This document shows, piece by piece, positions 13,112 to 26,840 of a stretch of DNA of 64,000 nucleotides. The position numbers and the translations under genes are program-made. The DNA comes from Octopus vulgaris (Eukaryota), in contig OX597816.1 of assembly GCA_951406725.2 (NCBI GenBank), forward strand, positions 61,194,001 to 61,258,000, in the 5' to 3' direction. Below the pieces are notes generated by a model. It was not told the origin of the DNA, made no database searches, and saw only the letters and a program-made list of their open reading frames with translations. Position 1 is the stretch's first letter; each line of letters opens with the position of its first letter.

Positions 13112-14233
13112 CACTAGTAGGACCGAGTGTGTCAATTGATGCATTTTGAAGTCTTAATTGCACACAACTCAAAAACTATTGTAGATTTTGACATCATGGT
13201 GCTTGACTTTTCATAGTTTTATGATATCTATATACACTATAAATTATAGGTTGTTTGCACCTATAAGGACCACATGTGTCAATTGATGCACTTGTAACGT
13301 TTGAAACTTGCACCTGCTTTCGTTTATTAATACATGTGACACCGTTTTAGATATTCAGTAATTGCTTAGTCTTTGCAGCTCACAAAACAAAACTGCAGTT
13401 TAGCCAGAACAATTCGTCACAGCAGAAGGGAATTACCAGAAGCAGTAAAACAGGTGAAACCAGTCTGTGAAACTGTAGTTTTGAAATCCACAGAGAAGCC
13501 TACTGTCACACATCATACCAGTGCAAAAAATCATGAGTCTGTTGTTGGTACCTTACATCAACATGTAGAAGTTCCTTCTGAAAATAAACCCAAGAAGCCT
13601 GACACCATACTTTTTTTTTTTTATAACAAAAATAAAATAGGTGTAGACATGCTTGACCAAATGGCAAGGCATTATTCAGTCAAAGCAATCAGTAGATAAT
13701 GGCCAAAGCATGTTTTTTTAATATTTTGGATGTTGCTCTTATAAACAGCTTATACGCAAGTGTTTGCAACTCAGTCATTAGTGAACAGGAATATATTCAA
13801 AAAGTTGCTTAAGAACTTTGTGGTGATTCACCTCATGGTTGTTCATGTACTATCAAACACCTACTGAGGAAACATCTACCTCTAAAAATAAAGTCAGATG
13901 TACATGTGTGAAAACAAATTGCAGAAACAGAACCACAGAAATGTATGGAGTCTGTAAAAAACCTCTGTGTGGCAAATGTGTGCTAAAATTTTGCGATAAA
14001 TGTTTAGAATTTCAATAGATTTCTTTCTAATTTGTAAGGATAAATTTCTTTCAAAATATCAAACAATTGTGACTAATATCATGAAATCATAAAATCCAGT
14101 AGATTCATATATTTAATAATGGTTTTCTACTTATCCTTTTCTCTTTTGTTTCCTTTCAAACTGAGAAACCTCTTTGCCTCAAATGACACATTCTGGTCCT
14201 TAATGGTAGGTGAAAAGTCCGGTCCTTCTAGTG
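13112..14233 (+). mobile_element. Second piggyBac family (CACTAG termini), deleted fossil
   Basis: tcaa|CACTAGTAGGACCG...CGGTCCTTCTAGTG|ttaa. Retains YNKNKIGVDMLDQM (third catalytic Asp region), WPKHVF, and a C-terminal Cys-rich remnant (CKKPLCGKC). Confidence 0.85.
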
Positions 14234-15137
14234 TTAAAAATGTAAACAAGGCAAAGTGTTGTAAAGCAAAAGATCTTGCTGTAGGTTATCATTAAAACAT
14301 ATAAAGACAGTAATCCTATTAACCCTGATTGAAACAGGTCATTTGATCAACGCTATTCTAGTCATGACCATTCTGTCTATTTTCATAGAGTATCCAAAAG
14401 CCCACCATCCACTGTATCTTTTTGTTTTTATATTTTTTCAACATACCTTTGATTTAAAGATGATTTGGTTGCTAATCTTAGCAGGTCAGATAACCACGTC
14501 AGTTAACACGTTGATATACTTTGTTCCTATACGTCTGTTTTAATTTATTTTGCTTCATTGTTTTGTTTTGTTTTTAATTAAAAGTGTACTAATATATTTT
14601 AGCTGTGTGGTTAAGAAGCTTGCTTCCAAATCTCATTTCAGCCTTAGTTCCACTACAGGGAACCCTGGGCAAGTGTCAACCCAGGGCTGACCAAATCTTT
14701 CTGAGTGGATTTGACTGATAGAAACTGAAAGAAGCCTATTGTATATATGTGTGTGTGTAAAACATTTAGTTTCCTAAATCCCTCCAAATTTTTGATTTTT
14801 AAAATAACTGAAACTCATAAGCCAATTTCATTAAAAATATGGTTACAAACGGTTTCTAGGACAAGTGGTTAATTATATTCCCACCTGTAAGGAAACTGAA
14901 ACTAAGTGACATTCACACTTCATGATTGGATGGTTAATAGTAGGAAGGGGTCCTGAACTTTATTAAATTTCTTGTTTTACAAGTTAATACTAATAGTCCT
15001 CAAGATCTTTCTCTTTACACACACACACTTTATATTTTTCACACAGTAACTAGTTATGATAATCAAATGTATGAATCTTAAGCACTGCCTGATTACAAAT
15101 AGAAAAAAAAAAACATAGTCTGTATGGTAAGAAGTTG

Positions 15138-15560
15138 TGGGCACAGGTGTGATTGTGGTAAGAAGCTTGCTTCCCAGTCACATGGTTCTGGATTCAGTCT
15201 CACTCCATGGCACCTTGGGCAAGTGTCTTCTATAACCTTGGGCTGACCAAAGCCTTTTGAGTGGACTTGGTAGATGGAAACTGAAAGAAGCTTGTCGTGT
15301 CTGTATGTATATATCAGTGTGTGTGTCTTTGCATCTGTGTTTAACTACCCCCCCCCCCCATCACTGCTTGACAACCGGTATTGATGTGTTTGCATTCCAG
15401 TAACTTAGCAGTTTGGCAAAAGAGACTGATAGAATAAGTACTAGGCTTGAAAGAAAATAAGTCCTGGGATTGATTTATTTGACTTGAAATAAAAACCATT
15501 TAAGGCAGTGCCCCAGCATGGCTGCAGTCTAATGACTGAAACGAGTAAAAGATAAAAGAC
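15138..15560 (+). mobile_element. tRNA-type SINE, family 2
   Basis: Full-length match to the family consensus. Partial copies at about 14600-14760, 20825-20975 (-) and 53990-54150. Confidence 0.85.
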
Positions 15561-16172
15561 TGAAAAATGTATTCAATCCTTTTGCTATATTTCTATTGAA
15601 ATGCACCACCTGTCTTTCAGTTGATTTTGAAAATAATGAATTTAGTAAAATAACTGTCATTAAATTAGTGCTTGGAGTATAAATTAACATGAGGTTTTGC
15701 TGGAAGGTTTCCATTTCCATTAAAGTAGGGAGTTTGTATCATAGAACTAAAAGCAGTTGCAGTTTTGATAATATCAAAAGGATTAAAGCAGTGAAGGTGT
15801 TTTATTTGAGTTTCACTAGTTGCTAAAAGCTTAACATATCAAGTGGTTAGCATTGTTTATTGAATTGAAAACCTTTAGATCCTCAAATAGATTTTCCTGA
15901 CTGGAAAAAGCATAAAAAATTAATGAGGATAATTATTCCAAAGTGTTAATATTATTTTTTTATTAACTATTTACAAGAGGATTTGTATTTCTTCATGTCA
16001 TTTATATATGTTGTAGTATACTATCAATATAAAGAGTTGTTGATTAAAATTAATCCACTTACTTTCCATAAATTTATTATGTATTTGGAATTTGTTAACA
16101 AAAAAGTAATTTTATTTTTCTGTTTTTTATTTCTAGTTATCAAATACCAGTCTAAATAAAATATTGGCCAAT

Positions 16173-17086
16173 ATGGAAACTAGTGTTGATAATATATCCA
16201 GTTGCAATGCTTCAGCAAACCAATTAAATGATCAAATGGCTGAGGCTGATTATTTAGATACTTTAATTGCAGCTGTTACCAGCCACAAAGAAGATACTCA
16301 AGAAAATGATAATTTAACTGACATTCAGAATGAAGTGAATTTTGATAGTGAAAAAACTGAAGATAAAAATATTGAAGAAAATCTGATTGGTAACGATAAG
16401 ATGGATCCATCTTCACCCCAAGCTCATTCAGAACAGTCTGAAGAAAGAAATGATGACGACGAAGAGGAGGAAGTAAAGAAAGAAGAACCGAATACTGATG
16501 GCAATAAAAAGAAAAAGAAACATAAAAGAAAAAGAGCGAAGAAAGTTGAAAATGATGATGATGAATCTGACAGTGATATAGTGGAATCGAAACAATCAAA
16601 AATTGAAATGGAAGATATTAAAGACATAAAGGAGGAATCTGATGTGTCCTTTACTCCAAAAGATGAAAATGAAATCAAAAACGAATCTCCATCTTCAAGT
16701 GAAGATAATGCTGGTAGTGAAAGCTCAAATTCTTCGGATTCTGATAGCAGTAGTTCAAATTCATCTTCAAATGAAGACGGTGACTCCTCATCATCTTCTG
16801 GAGATGATGACGATGAGGATGGAGAAAATGATGACGATGATGATGCTGATGCTGATGATGATGATGAGGATGATGATGATGGGAAAGATAATGAGGAAGA
16901 GGAAACACAAAAAGATACGGAAAAGGTAAAAAGCAAAGAGAAGAGCTCTCGTAGTAAAGGACGCAAGAAGAAGAAAAGTGATAGCAATGACGAAGAGAAG
17001 CCAAAAGCTTCATCTCGAAAGCGTAAACTAACACTCAAACGTCAACGGAAGAAAGAGAAAGAAAAAACCAAAAGACGAAATATTAG
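16173..17086 (+). CDS. RAD54L2: RAD54L2/ARIP4 helicase, first visible coding exon (acidic, Ser-rich N-terminus; exon acceptor at 16137)
   Basis: Polypyrimidine tract plus ttctag ends at 16136. First ATG is at 16173 (METSVD), but the frame is also open from 16137, so an upstream coding exon is possible. Ends KRRNIR at AG|gtaagc (phase 2). Confidence 0.85.
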
Positions 17087-17439
17087 GTAAGCATTATTTT
17101 GTTCAAAAATTTCATCGTGAGTTTTATGTGTGTGTGTGTGTGTTTTTGTTTATATAAAGTTCACAAAATGAAATTATTTTGCCTTGAGGAAGAAGTGAAG
17201 TCTAGCATTTCCAACAGAATACTTCATTGGACATACTAATTGTCAGTGAAATCCAACACTAGTTTTCTCACATTCTTCTGTATCAATTACCATATATGTA
17301 TAGGAATATGGACTTAAAAAAAAAGATTTCTCAAAACCAACAACCATCCTTACTATACCGAGTATAAAATCTGAATTTTAACCTGTGATTCCAAGAAGCA
17401 ACCTTTTCTTAATATATTGCAATGTAATAATATACATAC

Positions 17440-17820
17440 TGGCTGTAAGAAGCTTGCTTCCCAACCACATGGTTCTGGGTTCAGTCCCACTGTGTGGCAC
17501 TTTGGGCAAGTGTCTTCTACTATAGCCTCAGGCCGATCAAAGCCTTATGAGTGGATTTGGTTGACAGAAACTGAAAGAAGTCCAGCATATATATATATAT
17601 ATATATGTATTTGTGTGTCGGTGTTTGTCATCCCACCATCACTTGACAACTAATGTTAGTGTGTTTATGTAACTGAAGCTTAGTGGTTTGGCAAAAGAGA
17701 CCAATAGAATAAGTATTAGGCTTATAAAGAATAAGTCCTGGGGTTAATTTGTTTGACTAAAAGATGGTGCTCCAGCATGACCAATCAAAATGACTGAAAC
17801 AAGTAAAAGAATAAAAGAAT
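17440..17820 (+). mobile_element. tRNA-type SINE, family 2
   Basis: Same consensus, with an aaaagaat tail. Confidence 0.85.
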
Positions 17821-18459
17821 ACTGTTAATAAATAACTCCATTTGAAGTAAATGATAAAATTATTCTTGATACCATGTTAGTTCCTATAAAATAAACTGAT
17901 ATCTACACTACACCAGTGCATTTGATTTACATTATGGTAAGTAATTGAATGTTTTGCCATTATTCACTGCCCAGTCATTGAGATAGCTATTAAAAGACTA
18001 TTAGGGCAAACTCTCAGCAGTAAATGCTGGATTCCAATGCCCCTGTGGCTGTTGGAATGCTGTCCTTATCACTGAGTAGAAAACTTTATAACTTTGATAA
18101 CCTGTTGGTTTTAGTTCCATCATATGTTAAAACATGCTAAAAAACACATGTGCCTGTCATGTGTTGAACCATAACTAAGACTTGTAGCCTACTGCTGTGA
18201 TATGTTTGTTTCAAATTTTGGCACAAGGCCAGCAATATTAGGGGTAAGTCAATTATTTTGACTCCAGTGCTTGACTGGTACTTATTTTATCGACCCTGAA
18301 AGGATGAAAAGTGAAGTCAACTTTGGCAGGATTTAAACTTAGAATGTAAAGATGGATGAAATGCTGGTAAGCATTTTGCCTAGTGTGCTAATGATTTTAC
18401 CAGCTTGCCACCACCTTACTGCCGTGACATATTGTCATGTAGTCTTATACACCAACATA

Positions 18460-20045
18460 CGCACTTGCCAAAATAAGTTAAAGACCGATGTCGACATTTC
18501 GGTTCCTTCATTAATATATTTTTAACAAATCTGTATAAAATTATTTTACTTTTTACAGTGTATGTAGAATTTGCTTCTCTTTCAAAAGACATAGGAGTTA
18601 TATATCTTTCTACAATTCAAATGATTAGAAGTTTAGACCGTACCAAGATTATACAAATTGATAAACCAAATGGGTGGTCATATGGCTGGTCAAACTACAC
18701 TGTTTTGTTTAATAATTGAGTATTGTCACACATTAATTAACTCTGGGAAAGCGTCGTGGTATCAGTCCAGTTACTAGGTCAAAGATTATGTTGCTTCATC
18801 AGTAAAATATGTCCTTCATGAACATTAGCAAGCAATTAAGATGCAGCAAAACAGCTTGTGTTCAAGCATGGAAGCTTTACCAAGCCACTGCTCAATACAA
18901 AGATCAGCAAAGAACGGGCACTCTGAGAAAAATAAAAAGCAATACAGATGGATCGGCGAATTCATAGGCTCTCTGAAGGTAACCGAATGCTAACTGCAGT
19001 GGACATTTGGAAGCAATTTTCTGATGAAACGGACATCAGCTTTACACCACAAACTGTCAGAAACTGCCTAAAAGAATTTGGACTGTTCGGCCGGATCGCT
19101 CAAAAGAAGCCGATAATTTCTGAGACAAACCGGCGGAAGCGGATCAAGTTTGCTAAAAGCCATATTGAATGGATGGCCAAAGACTGCTCAAAAGTTCTTC
19201 GGAGAGACGAATCCCACTTCTGCATCTTTGGATCAGACGGAAAGACTTAGGTTAGACGCTGTCCAATTGAAAATTTTTGTCCTAAGTGTGTCAAGAAAAC
19301 AGTACAAATGGGAGGTGGTGGGTAATAGTGTGGGTTGCGTTCAGCAGCTTAGGTGTTGGTCCAATTGTTAAGGTTGATGGCAGATTGAGGAGTGTAGGCT
19401 ACCTGCAATTAGTAAATGAAAATGTGCTGCCGTATTTAAATAATCAGATGCCACCGGGATCTATTTTCCAGCAAGACAATTGCTCCGTTCATAAGGCTAG
19501 GAAAGTTTTGCAATATTTTGAGCACAATAATATGGTGGTTATTGAGTGGCCTCCGCAGAATCCGGATTTGAATCCGACAGAAAATTTATGGAATTATCTT
19601 CCTAAAAGAGTTCATGTTATATATAATTGTCCCAATTATATAATTTTATTGAAGAAATATGGCAGAACATTCCAAGTGATTTTTGTGCTAATTTGTCGAA
19701 CTCCATATCACGCCGTTGTAAGGCCGTAATTGAAAATAATGGCTATGGAACTAGATACTAATAATAAATTTTTGTTCGTTGATCATTTGTAACGTAAATT
19801 TTCAATTTAAACAAAATAATGTTGGTATGGTCTTAAACTTATTTTGCCGACAATTTTTAGTCATTTGAATTAATTGTGCATTAAAACTGTTCAAATTGTA
19901 GATTGATATATAACGCCTGTATCATTCGAAAAAGAAAAAAATTCTACTGTAAAAAGTACAATAATTTTATACAGTTTTGTTAAAAATAAATTAATGAAGG
20001 AATAGAACTCTCACCATCGGTCTTAAATTTATTTTGGCCAGTGTG
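18460..20045 (+). mobile_element. Near full-length Tc1 (DD34E) transposon with long IR/DR-type TIRs; transposase is pseudogenised
   Basis: About 190-bp inverted repeats (cacttgccaaaataagttaaagacc / ggtcttaaatttattttggccagtg) with inner direct repeats. Fragments RDESHF, FQQDNCSVH, WPPQNPDLNPTENLW and a GYGTRY* end at 19761, with stops and frameshifts. Confidence 0.92.
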
Positions 20046-20320
20046 TGTGTTTGTATTTGTTCACATACATATATAAAGCTGTTATATTGAAGGTACAAGC
20101 ATATTAAATTTAGTTTTTTTCATATAGTTCCCTGTTAGTCTTTTATGTTTAATTTGAATGATGGTAATGATGTTGTGTTTAATAGTAGATAGCAAGGAAT
20201 AATGGGAATAATGTTGTGATAAAACCATTCTTGTGTGTGTCTATTTATTTGCCATCTTATTCATTAGCTGGAAAACATAAATTGTTAATGTTTTGGATGG
20301 AATTGTCTTAATTTCTTCAG

Positions 20321-20523
20321 ATCAATTTTACGTGATGACCAACTTGAAGCAGAAACCCTTGCTGCTCAAAATGAAGAAATGGAACGGCAACGGCGCTTGC
20401 AAGAATTGAAGAAACAAATGCAGCAAAAAGTAATAAAGCCAGAAGAGAAAGATTCTCAACTGAAATCTCTACTACAAGGCGATTGCTCATCTGCTGCTTT
20501 CTATTTGGGAACTGATCAACTTG
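20321..20523 (+). CDS. RAD54L2: RAD54L2 exon 2
   Basis: ttcttcag acceptor and G|gtgagt donor. SILRDDQLEAETLAAQNEEMERQRRL resembles the conserved ARIP4/ATRX RNIR...L...T..A..EE.ER..RL segment. Confidence 0.9.
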
Positions 20524-20992
20524 GTGAGTTTTCTTTCTTTCTTTTTTTTTTTTTATAAATCTTTATTTAAAATGATGTGTATTATTTTTAATTAGTGTGA
20601 GAATCAATAAAAGAGATTCCAGCCGTCTCAACTGAAAAAAACTGTTTTTGTTATTAAGATTTTATTTCTATTGGTTTATAGAAGGTTAGTGATAATGGCT
20701 TTTTTCAGTGCTGCCTCTGAAACTCACAATGTAGTGACTTTCATGAAATGCATCCAACAGCCTGGTAGTAATGTTAAAGTGTGTGACTGATTAAGTCTAC
20801 CACTTAAGAACAAACACATTTCTGACTGGCTTCCATCTACCAAATTCACACACAAGTCTTTTGTCAACCTGGCACTATGGTAGAAGACACATGCCTAAAG
20901 TTCTGCACCATGGCATTGAATCTAAAACCATGTAGTTCTGAAATGAACTTTTTAACCATGCAGCCAGTTCTGCACTTCTAAGAATAATTTAA

Positions 20993-21213
20993 CCCTTTAG
21001 CATTTAAACCAGCCATATCTGGCCTAAATATCCTATCTGTTTTACTTTCAAACTGGTCAGATTTGATTTCTCACACCTACCCTACAATGTCCTTCAAAAA
21101 TAGTAATAGCTATCTCATCAAAATCTCATGGCTACAAGCTAATGCATGACCAATTCAAGACAATGGGAATAGATAAGCATTACTTTTGACAGAATAAAGT
21201 GAATGCTAAAGGG
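20993..21213. mobile_element. piggyBac-type MITE A (221 bp)
   Basis: TTAA|CCCTTTAGCATT...AATGCTAAAGGG|TTAA. Other or partial copies at about 9199-9310, 23040-23237, 39135-39318, 44666-44713, 49753-50224 and 56313-57794. Confidence 0.88.
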
Positions 21214-24052
21214 TTAACGCTCATAAATGTTTTCACTTCTTAGTCATTCCATTCTTCCAACATCTCATTTCATATAAAGCTTCTGTCATTGTTTTAATTG
21301 TCATTTACTTTCCCGTGATTTCATGAGTTTCATAGGCCTGCAGTAGCAGAACATTAAGTGCCCAATATTCTCAGTTCAACCATGCCTCATCTTATATTTT
21401 CTTCTGTCCTCCTATGCCATGGCTACCTCTCACCATTAATACATGAACTTTTCAACTGTGACATAACTTAGCATTACAAGTCTTTGCCAGTGCAGTTGGC
21501 TAATATCTTATGTCCAACCACCTTCCTTTTCACTTTTGCTCTGCCTATAATACAAGTTAATATTGCACATATGATGGGTGTAGTCATATTTGATATATTC
21601 CTCCTCATCTTAACAATTCTATATTTAACACTAATATTTCACACAATTAACATCTCCCTAAATATTACATCTAGCACATCTAAGTTCCTGTCAATCAATT
21701 TTATTTACCCATTGATTACATAGTATTGAGTTTCTACCAACTTCTGAAATTTCAAGGTTATTTTCTGGTTACAACTATGATTTCATATTTTGTTATTTTA
21801 CTTTGGCCTTTGCCATATTGACAGTAAAATTTTTTTAGTCTTGACTTGCAGTTCTTTAAGTGATTATATAATGAGAACCAAATTATCGTTACATAAAAAT
21901 TCCTAAGCACATCCAGGAAAAGGACAGATCTGGTTAACACTCAGAAGTTCCCACTAAATTCCTCACTGAATTCACTACCAACCTTCATCTTGATTATGCT
22001 TTCTTCATACATTTCCAGAATCACTTTCATTATCAATTCACGAAATACTAATTTTTCTAAGTGTCCACCAGACTCAGAGCATAGGTGATTGAGATAAAGT
22101 CTTCTTATGGTTGATTTATAAAATGTTGCCTGTTCTTAGCTAAGGACTTAACAGTTTTCTCTTTAGAATATGGTATTTGTGGCCAAACCAAAACTGTATG
22201 TCAGTAGGCCTATCTTTGTCATGTACAAACATTGCTAGAATGTAACCCTGTTTAATTACATCTTGCTAATTCATTTTTATTGCCTTAGTAGTTTAGTGGT
22301 ACTGCTATTCCAATGATTAGGAATAAAACCTTGCTGTACTTTACTAACTAAACAAATATTAGTTTCATACGGACATAGTATTAAGATGCTGAAAGTATTA
22401 GGCTATTCCTGATGGGCCTGCAAATTTTCTAGCCTTCCTTATTTATCTCAGCAGCCATACTTATTCTAATGCTGCCCATCTTTTCCTCTAGAGGTAGTTC
22501 TTATTATTTCATTCATATTCTTCGTTCAGTAACTTCTCTTAATGACAGCTTTTAAACCTTTTTCAATTCATTGTCATGAACAGTAAAAGTATGTGTCATT
22601 TCAGTTCTACTTCAATGACTTCCTGATCCATACAAGTACTCCGTCTTGAATACTTCATACCACTTGTCTTTACAGTACAGTAAATCTTATACTCTCTGCC
22701 TCTCTTCTTGTTATGTGAACCTGTTGCTTAGTTCCTAATCGAGTCTCTTGATATTGGAAGTTATTCTATAAAGACATATCATTTAACTTTCATACTTTCT
22801 CCCTTGTTATTTGTCCCATAATTTCCCCCACCTTCAACATTTGAAAGCATGTAAAATTGAGTGTGACAGGTAGAGCACATGTGTTAATTCATTCGATGAT
22901 CAGCTTTCTGAAATGAGTTTGATGAATTCAAAGTAACAATCAGAATAAATTGAATAATATATCCCCCTTTCTCATGATGTAATATCTCTGATGGATAAAA
23001 ACCACCATATTTTAGTAAATGTTATTTTAAAAGATTATCACTTAACTAGCCATATCTGGCCTAAAATTTTCAACTTATTTTATGTTCATAGTGGCCAAAT
23101 CCAACCCTATACTATCATTCTAAACATAGACAATCACATCATCAAAATCTCAAAACTACATGATAATGCATGATTAATTCAAAACTGTGTGAATTAATAA
23201 GCATAAAAATTGGCAGAGTAATCTGAATGCTAAAGGGTTAATTGATGAAAGGTTAATAATAAAAATGGTATAAAAAAATCATAAATTTCAATGAAATTTA
23301 AAATCACTTCAGCTTGATTATGAAATAAAACAGATAAATCTATTTATTGTGGTTTCTCTATCTCTTTCATGGTCAAGTTGAATTGTTATAATTTCCAGTT
23401 AAATTTGTCATCATTTTTTAATCACTTTTTTATCATTTGAACTTTGTTGATTAATTGATAATATTTAGATAAAAAAAAACCGTTCACTAAAATATGATAA
23501 GCTTTATCATGCAATGGAGAATCTATATTAGTCTATTGCTCGAGGTGCCATACAGTGGGACTTGGGTTCAGTCCCACTGCATGGAGTAGATCTGGTGAAT
23601 GGAAACTGAAAGAAACCTGTAGTTTATGTATGTATGTATGTACTTTTGTCTAGACATCACATGATAGTTATAAACATGCTTCACCATCATACAATCGATG
23701 TTGTTTCCAGTTTTTCCATGGAAAAACATGTCTGGCCATGGGAAGTATTACTCTGCTTGGAAACAAGTGAGGGTTGGCAACAGGAATGGTGTCCAGTTAC
23801 AGAAAATCTGTCTTGACAAATTCTTTCCAACTCATGCAAGCATGGAAAAGTGGTAGATAATGTTAATGATGGTATTCAGATTGTTAATTCAAATTCTGCC
23901 AGCAAACACTGATTGTTGAATGAGTTAGTGCACTTGCTTTCTACCTGCCACACTGGATTTTGGAATTTACTTGTTTACAATTGTAAAACTTTAATAGAAG
24001 TCCTTGTTTTAGTATTCAAATTTTAAAATCTGTCTACTTATTTTATTTATAG

Positions 24053-24130
24053 GTACTGAAGAAACTAACAAACAATTTAGCAAAGATGATGTTATCCTTC
24101 TTGACAGTGGAGATGAGAACAAGAAGAAAG
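24053..24130 (+). CDS. RAD54L2: RAD54L2 exon 3 (78 nt, phase 1-1)
   Basis: tttatag acceptor and G|gtaatg donor. Reads TEETNKQFSKDDVILLDSGDENKKK and keeps frame between neighbouring exons. Confidence 0.7.
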
Positions 24131-24167
24131 GTAATGCAGTTATTAAATTTACAATGATTCACATAGT

Positions 24168-24395
24168 ATTTCATTTCATTTCATTTGAGTTTGAGTCCAT
24201 GCTCAGGCCAAGTCGAAGACTCCACCCTCAGAGTCTGGTGTGGTTGCCAGGTTGTATTCTCTGTTTAATTTTGACATGTGTAGGAGCGAGTTTGAGTCAG
24301 TTTGTGCTCGTTGTGTATATCCTGGGAGATGGGGTTGATCTCTAATGGTGCTTAAGTATCTATCCAGCTGCAATTTGAATGATTCCACACTGCAA
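24168..24395 (-). mobile_element. 3-prime end of a CR1/L2-like LINE
   Basis: Minus-strand ORF ESFKLQLDRYLSTIRDQPHLPGY...SNSL is typical of such ORF2 ends, and is followed by a (GAAAT)n tail. Confidence 0.65.
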
Positions 24396-25010
24396 GTGAA
24401 ATTTGCTTTTATTTTTTTTATACTGTATAATCATAATTTTGATTTTTTTTTTTTGGAGGTGTGTTTATTAATATTAGTAATTTGAGAAAATGACATATTG
24501 TTTATAAAATTATACTGTCACTGAAATGTTATGTTAAAAGAGAGCTCCAAAAGAGGAGATTGTAAACCCCACAATCAAAAGACTCATTGACTATAAGAGG
24601 AATTTAAGAAGAGCTTAAGGGAAGCAGTTCAAAAGATATCCAAATAATTGAAACTCTCCACGGCAGTTACCAGATCCTGTGATTTTGGTGGTGGTGGTGG
24701 TTCACTTTTTGGCAGTGACTTGTATGGTAGACATTTGGATTAAATTTTGTCTCACAAGAGAATATGGATAAGTAAAGTACTTGCTGATAAATTGTACAAC
24801 CAAGACTGATTAAACTTGGTGGTAAGAACTGAAATCCTTTGGACATCTGAAAGAATGTTAGAAATGCATAGTAAAATATTTTATAATTATTGTTGTTTGT
24901 ATACAATTACTGAATAATTAACTTGAATTGAATAAAAAAAAACTTCAAAATATTTTAAATAGCAACATGCACCTATGAGTATTAATATTTTATTATATTA
25001 TTAATTTTAG

Positions 25011-25255
25011 TGTTGACTGACATCATTGAACTTAGTGATGATGATGATGTTGTCATGATAAAAAGTGATGAAGAGCCTGAGGAGGCAGAGGAAGAAGAAG
25101 AGGAAGAAGATATGGATAATGTTGGTACACATATTAACGATGAATTGAATCAACCAGATGAAACCGGCAATGTTTTAATTAATATTGGTCATCCTGAAGG
25201 TGACCCTGATGTTTTCCTCCCTCCACATATTGCAGATGTTATTAAACCACATCAG
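25011..25255 (+). CDS. RAD54L2: RAD54L2 exon 4
   Basis: ttttag acceptor and CAG|gtgaa donor. Encodes DIIELSDDDD...NIGHPEGDPDVFLPPHIADVIKPHQ, ending in the Q-motif start. Confidence 0.92.
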
Positions 25256-26840
25256 GTGAAAATTAATTTTCAATTCTTTACTCGGATATTTTGTTTTATT
25301 TTTGGGAGAATTCTCAACAGATATTTCAAAGTAATGATTTGCTAAATATATTTTTTTAATAGAATTGAAACCGATTCAGTTGTCTTGATGAAGTTACATT
25401 TTGATTAGTGTGCTAGACTGGAATTAACTTTTTTTTTTCATGCTGTTTGTGTTTGTTTTGGTATGTGGATCATATTTTTCTGTTGAGATAGCTGAAAGAA
25501 AGTTCTTTAGAAATATCAAACAATTCTAGTTTGCATTTATTGATTAAGAGAAGGCTTTTTGACTGTGGTCTGAGTCTTTATTCTACATCCTGATAGCCAT
25601 TGAAAGGTTAAGTGTGAAAAACTGATATATGAGTGTTGTGAATGCCATTAAGAGAGAACCTAAAAAAATTGAATATATAGTGTGTGTATATATATATATA
25701 TATATCAGTAAGGTTTTGCTAGGCCCTCATTCTCTTAATCTTAGTAGTGAAAGCCAAATGCTTATAAAAGCTTCAGTTTGTAAATGACTTAGTTTTCATT
25801 GCAGTCATAATCTTTGTAATATGATTACAATGATAGGGCTTGATTAAAAGTTCTGAAAGTAAACCTTAAAGATATTAATTGGTAGTAAGAGGCCACTGGA
25901 AACTTATTATTTAGGGGAATAGCTATGTTGAGTATTTAAGAAAATAAGTAGCAATTCTTTATCATATAGTCAATGATGAAATGAAACCTTTGACTGATAG
26001 GCAATCAAAATAGTTTCTAGCCTGTTTAGTGATTATGTAGAAGTTCCTTAATTGTAGGTAAAAGAGTTGAGAATTAGTGTTTTATAATAATAGGACAATT
26101 GAGTGCAAATGTTCAGAAAACATTTAGTCAACAAAAATATCTTCTTGATGTGTCTAAGAGGTAACTATCCTGGCAAGGACTTACAATGCAACTAGATGCT
26201 TCTTGCTGAATGCAAAAGTTAAGTGTAGAACTCAATTTATGTATATTGTTAAGGTAGTAGACAAGTCTTAGAATATTAATTAACTTGTATGATGTAAAGT
26301 CTAGATATATGGATAATGCTCTACTGCAGAAACTCCCAGCCTATGTTGTTATGGAAATGCAGATGTTAAAAGTAGCTGGCTCTTTGTCCAAGTTATTATA
26401 CATAGGTGTGTGTAGGCCTGTGGTTATGTGATTAAGGTATTCAGCTCATGATTGTAAGGTTGTGAGTTCAATACCTGGCAGCATGTGTCCTTGAGCCAAA
26501 CACTTTATTTCATATTGCTCTGGTCCATTCAGCTGACAAAAATGAGTTATCATGCTGATTCTCTCTGAGAACCATGTTAAGGGTTTGTGTGTCTAAGTTT
26601 GAATGCTTTTGGCATAAACCCTGCTAAAAACTAGTATGGACCAAACTAGTTAAACCGGTTAGTTGATTAGGTTCACCATTCAAGAATTACTTTCTTTAGT
26701 CTCTGTTCCATTCCCTTTTCTCTTTTGTTTTGTTTGTTTTTTTTTTGCTTCTATAAGAATATTTGAGTAATGTTTTTTAAAGCAGAAAGGAAATAAAATC
26801 AAAAGTATATTTGAGTTTTCTAATATTTATTTTATTTCAG

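Noticed and set aside
16424-17038. 204-aa minus-strand Ser/Phe-rich ORF and overlapping His/Met-rich ORFs
   Set aside because: These are antisense or alternative-frame shadows of the low-complexity acidic exon.
21230-22860. Possible ancient minus-strand LINE remnant or membrane-protein ORF (21484-21723)
   Set aside because: Too decayed to support a call; the hydrophobicity reflects T-rich composition.
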